Assembly: GCA_050117845.1 (NCBI GenBank)
Contig: JASFLY010000002.1
Coordinates: forward strand, 160,001-224,000
DNA: 64,000 bases
Origin: Candidatus Zixiibacteriota bacterium
GTDB lineage: Bacteria; RBG-13-66-14; B26-G2; WVWN01
Direction of reading: 5' to 3'
The notes below the pieces were generated by a model. It had not been told where the DNA came from, made no database searches, and saw only the letters and a list, made by a program, of their open reading frames with translations. The position numbers and the translations under genes are program-made. Position 1 is the first letter of the stretch; every line of letters begins with the position of its first letter. Of this stretch, positions 57,631 to 64,000 are shown piece by piece.

Positions 57631-59025
57631 ATGACCCGCGTTATTATAATCGGCCTCGACGGTTTCGGCCCGGCCTTCACCCGCCGGGTCTTCGACGCCG
57701 GCCTTATGCCCTTCCTGGCCTCCCGCGCCGGCGACGGCGTTTGGGGGCCGGCCGCCTCGACGGTCCCGCCGGTCTCCACGGCGGCCTGGACGACCATTAC
57801 GACCGGCGTCGGCATAGGCCGGCACGGCATCGTCGACTTCCGCCGCCGCACCCCCGCCGATTACGGCTTCACGGAACCGGGCCGCTTCGTCAACGGCGAC
57901 GACGTCCGGGCCCCCCGCCTCTACGACCTGGCCGGCGAAGCGGGCGCGCGCTGCTTCGTCCTCAACGTCCCCGTCACGTATCCGGCGCGGGAAATAAACG
58001 GCGTCATGGTCGCGGGGATGCTCACGCCCCCGGGGAGCGACCGCGGCTGCTGGCCGGCCGACTTCCGGCAGCACCTGGCCGATTACTCGTACGACCTCGA
58101 CGAGCCGGTCCCCGCGGACCTGCCGGCGCTGTGCCGCCGCCTCGAGGACCTGGCTACCGGGCGGGCCCGCGTGGCCGAGGCCGCCTTCGGCCGGGAACGC
58201 TTCGACCTCGGCATGGTCGTCTTCACCGGCCCGGACCGCCTCTTCCACCGGCACTACGCCGAGGTTTGCGCGCCCGAGGACCCGGCGGCCATTCCGCCCC
58301 CGGCCGCGTCGTACCTCCGGACGCTGGACGGGGCCTGCGAACGGATTTGCGCCGCCTTCGGCGAGGACGCCGCTTTTATAATATGTTCCGACCACGGCTT
58401 CGGCCCCGGGCCGCGGCAGGCCTTTTTCGTCAACCGGGCGCTCAAAAAAGCGGGCCTTTTGGCCGTCCGGCCCGCGTTCTCGCCCTACGCGTTGAACATA
58501 ATGCTTTTCGGCCTAAAGAAACTCCTGGGCAAGGCGAAGCCGCTCCCCGTGGACTGGCGGCGGAGCGCCGCGTACGGCTTCCCCCTGTATATGGGCTGGG
58601 GCGGCGTATTCCTCAACGTCCGGGGCGAGCAGCCGGAGGGCATCGTGGATACGGCGGACGTGGCCGGCGTCGCCGAACGGGTCGCCCGGGCGCTCGAGGA
58701 TTCGGCGGCGACGCGATGGGTAAAAACGCGCGCCGAACTTTACGACGGCCCCGCGATAACGGAGCTCCCGCACGTCGTATTCGAGGCCGAGGCCGGGACG
58801 GTCGTGAGCGAGGGAAAGGGCCCCGGGCCGCTCGTCGCGCCCTACGAGGACGCCCGCAAGCTCGGCGAACACACGTCCCAGGCCATAATGGCCGTCGCCG
58901 GCGGCGGCGTATCGGCGCAAATGCCGGCCTCGCCCGGCATCGCGGACGTGGCCGCCACCGCCGCGGCCCTACTGGGACTCGACGTTCGCCCCTTCGACGG
59001 CGTGCCGTGGGCGCCGATTTCTTAA
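57631..59025 (+). CDS. Alkaline-phosphatase-superfamily phosphodiesterase/nucleotide pyrophosphatase
   Basis: IIGLDG, STVPP.S..AW....TG....HGI.DF, DRLFH, CSDHGFG, GEH. Confidence 0.88.
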   Translation: MTRVIIIGLDGFGPAFTRRVFDAGLMPFLASRAGDGVWGPAASTVPPVSTAAWTTITTGVGIGRHGIVDFRRRTPADYGFTEPGRFVNGDDVRAPRLYDLAGEAGARCFVLNVPVTYPAREINGVMVAGMLTPPGSDRGCWPADFRQHLADYSYDLDEPVPADLPALCRRLEDLATGRARVAEAAFGRERFDLGMVVFTGPDRLFHRHYAEVCAPEDPAAIPPPAASYLRTLDGACERICAAFGEDAAFIICSDHGFGPGPRQAFFVNRALKKAGLLAVRPAFSPYALNIMLFGLKKLLGKAKPLPVDWRRSAAYGFPLYMGWGGVFLNVRGEQPEGIVDTADVAGVAERVARALEDSAATRWVKTRAELYDGPAITELPHVVFEAEAGTVVSEGKGPGPLVAPYEDARKLGEHTSQAIMAVAGGGVSAQMPASPGIADVAATAAALLGLDVRPFDGVPWAPIS

Positions 59026-59056
59026 GGCCGATTATAAAGAGGCGCGGCGTTTTTCC

Positions 59057-59086
59057 TTGACGGCATTAAGAATATTGGTTTATAAT
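59057..59086 (+). promoter_or_regulatory. Sigma70-type promoter
   Basis: TTGACG-18bp-TATAAT. Confidence 0.7.
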
Positions 59087-59134
59087 GTCTGGACTATCTA
59101 TAGACAAAACAGCGGCGTTTGCCGTTGATTTGAT

Positions 59135-60589
59135 ATGAGCCGGTTGAGCCCGAGAGATGCCGCCAAGCTTCGGCGTTACGAGACGTTGCTTGAGCGGGAA
59201 CCCAATGCATTGGTGTTCGCGCCGCTGGCCAGCCTCTACGCCCGGCAGTACGACTTCCAGAAAGCAGTCGTTTGCCTGAAGCAGGGCCTGGCTATCTATC
59301 CCAATTACTTCAGCGCCCGCGTCCTCTTGGCGCGGTGCTATATCGCGCTCGACGATTTCGAATTCGCCGTAAGCGAACTCGAGAAGGTACTCTCCGCCGA
59401 CCCGTACAACGTTTCCGCGCTCGGCCTTTTGGGTGACGAACTCCGCAACCGCGGCCGATTGGCCGAAGCCCGCGACCATTACCTTAAAATCCTCGAAATC
59501 GAACCGGAAAACGAGGAATACTCGTACAAGCTGGAACTCCTGAGCACGCTTATCGAGGGGAGCCCGTTCACCCGGGAGTCCGAGGAAGAGGTCCCGGCGG
59601 AAGTCGAAGATATTACGCCGCCCGAAGCCGAAATCGAACTGCCGCCGACCGAGGAACTCGAACCCGCCGAGCTGGAACTTGTGGAAGAGGTCGACGAGGT
59701 GGCGGACGTCGCGGCCCTGGCGGTGGATGCCGACGACGAGGAGCCGGCGGACGAGGAACTGGCCACGCTGACCCTCGCCCGGATATACGAGGACCAGGGC
59801 CTTTTCGTACGGGCGAAGGAGATAATCGAGAAGGTCGTCGCCCGCGAACCGGCCAACGCCGCCGCCCGGGACGCGTTCGCGCATATCTCGGCCCTCATCG
59901 CCAGCGAGGAGTCGCCCTCCGGGGCGTCGGTTCTCCAGCTTATCCAGAAGGTCGAAGCGGTATCGGGCCTCCTGGAACGCGACGAAATCGAGATGTGGGA
60001 AGAGGTCTCGGCCGGCGTGGAGGACGCCCTTACGGGCCACGAGGAGATAACGCTGGCGCAGGCCGTGGCCGCGGCGACGGGCATCACGTCCCACGACCGT
60101 TTCGTCATCCAGAGCGACCACCGCGCGGCCTGGGAACTGGACCTCCCCGGCTTCGCGGCGGCCGCGGGCGAGGGCGGCGCCGAGGAAATGCAACTCGAGC
60201 TGCCGCTGACGTCGTTGCTCGATATGGAATCGGGGATAAACATCGCCGAGTTGGCGGCGCAGTTGTCGATGGGAGAGTTCGGCACCGACGAAATCGAAGT
60301 GCGGCCGGCCCACGTCGACCGGATGGAAGTGGCCGAAACCGTGGCCGGCGACGCCGGAGCGAGCGGCCGTGACGACTTCTCGTTGGACCTGAAGGCCCGG
60401 ATAAGCGGCCGGCCGGCGGAGGAGACGGAACCGCCCGCCGTGGAGGAACCGCCGCCCGCCCGGGACGAATTCGCGGTGCAGCCCGAACGCTACCAGGCGC
60501 GCAAACCGCTCGAGCTCGAGCGGGAGCCGTTCAAAAAAGACGAGGACTTCCTGGGGTGGTTGGACTCCATTAGACTTAAAGAACTCTAG
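59135..60589 (+). CDS. TPR protein with acidic linker
   Basis: P.ALVFAPLA..Y, GL..YPNY.SARVLLAR, TLTLARIY.DQG, C-terminal F..WL..I. Confidence 0.85.
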   Translation: MSRLSPRDAAKLRRYETLLEREPNALVFAPLASLYARQYDFQKAVVCLKQGLAIYPNYFSARVLLARCYIALDDFEFAVSELEKVLSADPYNVSALGLLGDELRNRGRLAEARDHYLKILEIEPENEEYSYKLELLSTLIEGSPFTRESEEEVPAEVEDITPPEAEIELPPTEELEPAELELVEEVDEVADVAALAVDADDEEPADEELATLTLARIYEDQGLFVRAKEIIEKVVAREPANAAARDAFAHISALIASEESPSGASVLQLIQKVEAVSGLLERDEIEMWEEVSAGVEDALTGHEEITLAQAVAAATGITSHDRFVIQSDHRAAWELDLPGFAAAAGEGGAEEMQLELPLTSLLDMESGINIAELAAQLSMGEFGTDEIEVRPAHVDRMEVAETVAGDAGASGRDDFSLDLKARISGRPAEETEPPAVEEPPPARDEFAVQPERYQARKPLELEREPFKKDEDFLGWLDSIRLKEL

Positions 60590-60611
60590 TCGGCCCGCGG
60601 GGTCGACCCAA

Positions 60612-60983
60612 TTGCCGGAGGTCGGTGTGGATTTCAAACAGATGTTGACGGCTTTGCTGGAACGGGTCGAGGGAACCGTGGCCGCGTTCTTTTGCGGCAC
60701 CGACGGCATCGGCGTCGAGAACGTAACCATAAAACCCGACCTCGAAACCGCCGTAACCGAAGTGGAACTCGCGACGGCGCTCAAGGTTATTACGGACGTC
60801 TCGCAGAACCTGGCGCTGGGGCGGGTGGCGGAATTGATATTCGAGACGGAGAAGATAACCATCCTCATAGAGAAGACCAAGGACGATTATTTCCTGTGTC
60901 TGCTCCTGAAGCCGGGCGGGAACGTGGGCCGCGGCCGCATCGAACTTAAAAAACTAGCCGGAAAACTGGCGAAAGAAATCTAA
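60612..60983 (+). CDS. Roadblock/LC7 protein (MglC/MglB-like)
   Basis: CGTDGI, LG...E...ET, YFL.L.L...GN.GRGR..L; start uncertain. Confidence 0.8.
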   Translation: MPEVGVDFKQMLTALLERVEGTVAAFFCGTDGIGVENVTIKPDLETAVTEVELATALKVITDVSQNLALGRVAELIFETEKITILIEKTKDDYFLCLLLKPGGNVGRGRIELKKLAGKLAKEI

Positions 60984-60998
60984 CCGGAGTCGAGCGCC

Positions 60999-61355
60999 GT
61001 GAAAAAAACGATGGACGTACTGCACAAGTTGGCCGCGCTCGACGGCGTTCGGGCCGTGCTTATCATATCGGCCGACGGTTTTCCGCTGGAATCGGTTATC
61101 AACGATAAAACCCTGGATGCGGACGAACTCGCGGCCCTGGTGCGCGACGGCGCCGCCGCCGCCCGGGACATGGTGGAAGAGGTCGACTCCGCGCAATTCG
61201 TGCAGGGGGTTTTCGAACACTCCAAGGGGTCCATTCTACTAACCAACCTCCCGCTCCGTATGACCCTCGCGATACTCGCGGGCAAGGGGGGGAACAAACC
61301 GGCGCTCTGGAACGCCGCGGCGACGCACTTCCCGGAAGTAATCCGGGCGCTGTAA
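60999..61355 (+). CDS. Roadblock/LC7 protein (MglB-like)
   Basis: GVRAVLIISADGF.LES, LAAL, E..KG.ILL. Confidence 0.8.
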   Translation: MKKTMDVLHKLAALDGVRAVLIISADGFPLESVINDKTLDADELAALVRDGAAAARDMVEEVDSAQFVQGVFEHSKGSILLTNLPLRMTLAILAGKGGNKPALWNAAATHFPEVIRAL

Positions 61356-61505
61356 CGGCCCGACTCGCGCCGACGTAAAATTTACCTTCCCCGGTCCCGA
61401 TTCGGGGCCGCTTGGCCAGCGTGAGCCCGGAGTACGCGGTACGCTAACGCTGGCCGAAATAAACGGACGGGCGCCCGGCGCCCACCTCAAACCTGGACTT
61501 ATATT

Positions 61506-62066
61506 ATGATAAACACGAACGACCTGCGGGCCGGAAAGGCCATAGAACTCGACGGAACGCCTTACGTGGTAACCAAGTTCGCGCACGTGAAACCGGGCAA
61601 GGGCCCGGCCTTCGTCCGCGTCACGCTCAAGAACCTGTTGACCGGCGCCAGCCACGAGCAAACCCTCCGCTCCAGTGAAAAAGTGAAGACGGCGCGGCTC
61701 GACGAGCGCACCGCCACGTTCATGTACGCGACCGGCGACGAGTATCACTTCATGGACGAGAACACGTACGAGGAATTCGCCCTCCCTCCCCAGGACCTCG
61801 ACGACGCCGCCCAGTGGCTCAAGGACGGAACGTCTATTAAGCTCGTTTTCTACGAGGGCCGGCCGGTGGCGGTGGAGGTCCCGAACTTCCTCGAACTTAC
61901 GATAACCGAAACCGACCCCGGCGTCCGGGGCGACACCGCCTCCGGAGGTTCGAAGGCGGCGACGCTGGAAACGGGCGCGGTCGTAAATGTCCCGCTTTTT
62001 ATCAACGAGGGCGATATTATACGCGTCGATACCCGGTCCGGAGACTACGTCGACCGGGTGAAATAA
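61506..62066 (+). CDS. efp: Elongation factor P
   Basis: HVKPGKGPAFVR, PGVRGDTA, K.A.LETG, VPLFI, VDTR.G.Y. Confidence 0.97.
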   Translation: MINTNDLRAGKAIELDGTPYVVTKFAHVKPGKGPAFVRVTLKNLLTGASHEQTLRSSEKVKTARLDERTATFMYATGDEYHFMDENTYEEFALPPQDLDDAAQWLKDGTSIKLVFYEGRPVAVEVPNFLELTITETDPGVRGDTASGGSKAATLETGAVVNVPLFINEGDIIRVDTRSGDYVDRVK

Positions 62067-62102
62067 GGCCGACGCCGCTCGAAACGAAGAGGAGCCATCG
62101 CT

Positions 62103-62582
62103 TTGAACATCGGTAAGTTGCAAAAAATACTCGACCTTATGGACGAACGCGGCGTCGCGGAAATCGAGGTCCGGTCGTGGTTTCGGACCGTCCGAATAAG
62201 CCGCGCCTCCGCGGGCGCGAACGTCTCGTTTATCAGCGCCGGGGCAACGCCGCCAGGCCAGGCCGTGCCGGCCCCGGTCGCCCAGGCCGCCCCCCTGCCG
62301 GAAGCCGCCGCCCCCGCGGCCGCCGAAGAAGAGGACGAAAACCTCGTCGTCGTCAAGTCCCCCATGGTGGGCACTTTCTATCGGGCGCCGGCGCCCGACG
62401 CCGATCCCTTCGTCGCCGCGGGCGACAAGGTTTCGCGCGGCACCGTGCTGTGCATCATCGAAGCCATGAAAATAATGAACGAAATCGAGAGCGAATACGC
62501 CGGGACCGTCGTCCGGGTCCACGTCGCGAACGCCGAACCGGTCGAGTACGGCCAACCGCTCTTCAGCCTGAAACCGGCTTAA
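62103..62582 (+). CDS. accB: Acetyl-CoA carboxylase biotin carboxyl carrier protein
   Basis: [22 protein letters not shown]. Confidence 0.97.
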   Translation: MNIGKLQKILDLMDERGVAEIEVRSWFRTVRISRASAGANVSFISAGATPPGQAVPAPVAQAAPLPEAAAPAAAEEEDENLVVVKSPMVGTFYRAPAPDADPFVAAGDKVSRGTVLCIIEAMKIMNEIESEYAGTVVRVHVANAEPVEYGQPLFSLKPA

Positions 62583-62603
62583 CCTCAGTGAAGGTCGAGA
62601 CCA

Positions 62604-63953
62604 TTGTTCGATAAGATACTGATAGCCAACCGCGGCGAAATCGCCGTCCGCGTAATCCGGGCCTGCCGGGAACTCGGCGTCAAGACAGTCGCCATTTACA
62701 GCGAGGCCGACGCCGACAGCCTGCACGTGCGCTACGCCGACGAGGCCTACTGCATCGGCCCGGCCGAGAGTTCCAAGTCGTACCTCAACGTTCCCCGCGT
62801 CATCGCGGCGGCGGAGGTCACCGACGCCGAGGCCGTGCACCCGGGTTACGGCTTTCTGGCCGAGAACCCCTACTTCGCGGAAGCCTGCGAGGCGTCGAAT
62901 ATAACTTTCATCGGGCCGACGTACGAGACCATAACCGACGTCGGCGACAAGGCCGCGGCCCGGCGCATCATGGCCGGGGCCGGCGTCCCGCTGGTCCCGG
63001 GGAGCCCGGGACCCGTGAAGAACGTGGACGACGCCCTCGCCGTGGCCGAGGACGTGGGATACCCCGTCATGGTCAAGGCCGTCGCCGGCGGCGGCGGCCG
63101 GGGCATGCGGATCGTCCACACCCCCGGCGCGCTCGCCAAGGCATACGCCACCGCCTCCGCGGAGGCCGAAACGGCGTTCGGCAACCCGGAAGTATATATA
63201 GAAAAAATGATACAGAACCCCCGCCACGTCGAGGTGCAGATTCTGGGCGACGGCCGGGGGCACGTAATAGCGCTGGGCGAGCGCGACTGTTCCATCCAGC
63301 GCCGCCACCAAAAACTGGTGGAGGAATCCCCGGCGCCGGCGCTCCATCGCAAGACCCGCGATAAAATCCTGAACGCGGCCGTAGCGGGCGCCAAGGCCGT
63401 GAACTACCGCTCCGCCGGTACGGTGGAATTCCTCCTCGCGGACGACGGCAACTTCTATTTCATCGAAGTCAACGCCCGCGTTCAGGTGGAGCACCCGGTG
63501 ACCGAGATGGTGACCGGCGTCGACCTCATCAAGGAACAGATCCGCGTCGCCGCGGGAGCCGATATCCCCCGGCACAACCCCGAAATCACCGGCCACGCCA
63601 TCGAGTGCCGTATCAACGCCGAGGACCCGGAGCACGACTTCCGGCCTTCCCCGGGCAAGATTACGAATTACGTGGCGCCGGGCGGCCCGGGAGTCCGCGT
63701 CGACACACACATCTACCCGGGCTACACTATCCCTCCCACTTACGATTCGCTCATCGCGAAACTGGTCGTTTGGGCGCCCGACCGCGAGGAAGCCATAGAC
63801 CGGATGGCCCGGGCTCTGGCCGAGACCTCCATCGAGGGCGTCGCCACCACCGTGCCGTTCCACTACCGCGTCGTGAAGTCGCGCATGTTCCGCGACGGCA
63901 ACGTATCGACCGGGTTCGTGGCCGAACTCGAGGCGACCGAAATCAAGGAATAA
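62604..63953 (+). CDS. accC: Acetyl-CoA carboxylase biotin carboxylase subunit
   Basis: [56 protein letters not shown]. Confidence 0.97.
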   Translation: MFDKILIANRGEIAVRVIRACRELGVKTVAIYSEADADSLHVRYADEAYCIGPAESSKSYLNVPRVIAAAEVTDAEAVHPGYGFLAENPYFAEACEASNITFIGPTYETITDVGDKAAARRIMAGAGVPLVPGSPGPVKNVDDALAVAEDVGYPVMVKAVAGGGGRGMRIVHTPGALAKAYATASAEAETAFGNPEVYIEKMIQNPRHVEVQILGDGRGHVIALGERDCSIQRRHQKLVEESPAPALHRKTRDKILNAAVAGAKAVNYRSAGTVEFLLADDGNFYFIEVNARVQVEHPVTEMVTGVDLIKEQIRVAAGADIPRHNPEITGHAIECRINAEDPEHDFRPSPGKITNYVAPGGPGVRVDTHIYPGYTIPPTYDSLIAKLVVWAPDREEAIDRMARALAETSIEGVATTVPFHYRVVKSRMFRDGNVSTGFVAELEATEIKE

Positions 63954-64000
63954 CCCCGAAGCGGGGAAACGTTATGGCGCCGCTTTCGCTCACTACCTGG

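Noticed and set aside
63974..64000. Possible start of the next CDS (MAPLSLTTW...)
   Set aside because: Too little sequence to support a call

Overview
High-GC bacterial chromosomal window. Lipoboxes, outer-membrane beta-barrel C-termini, T9SS-type-A-like C-terminal domains and the ileS-dksA-lspA gene order suggest a diderm, FCB-group-like organism (inference). The window opens inside a co-oriented tandem array of at least 12 paralogous ~200-aa lipoproteins. They have a predicted NTF2-like fold, a shared C-terminal (S/T)LG(R/K)(V/I)LA(L/M)(Y/F) tail and mosaic sequence relationships, and the array runs directly into nfeD and a CbiMQO-type ECF transporter. Housekeeping genes include a TatD-radical SAM fusion, ileS-dksA-lspA, thiGE, glyQS, gyrA and efp-accB-accC. 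They are interspersed with secreted or lipoprotein accessory genes and a low-GC HEPN-motif gene. Most notable non-coding structure: (i) a stand-alone IS200-like Y1/HUH transposase embedded in 55-bp palindromic tandem repeats and 119-bp direct repeats (RAYT/REP-like); (ii) an unannotated Ile6 leader peptide with terminator/antiterminator upstream of ileS; (iii) three accessory lipoprotein genes between a glycosyltransferase and gyrA, each bounded by the same palindrome, one flanked by a perfect 63-bp direct repeat that duplicates the gyrA stop codon. No rRNA, tRNA or CRISPR array was recognised. All calls are by eye; no database searches were run.
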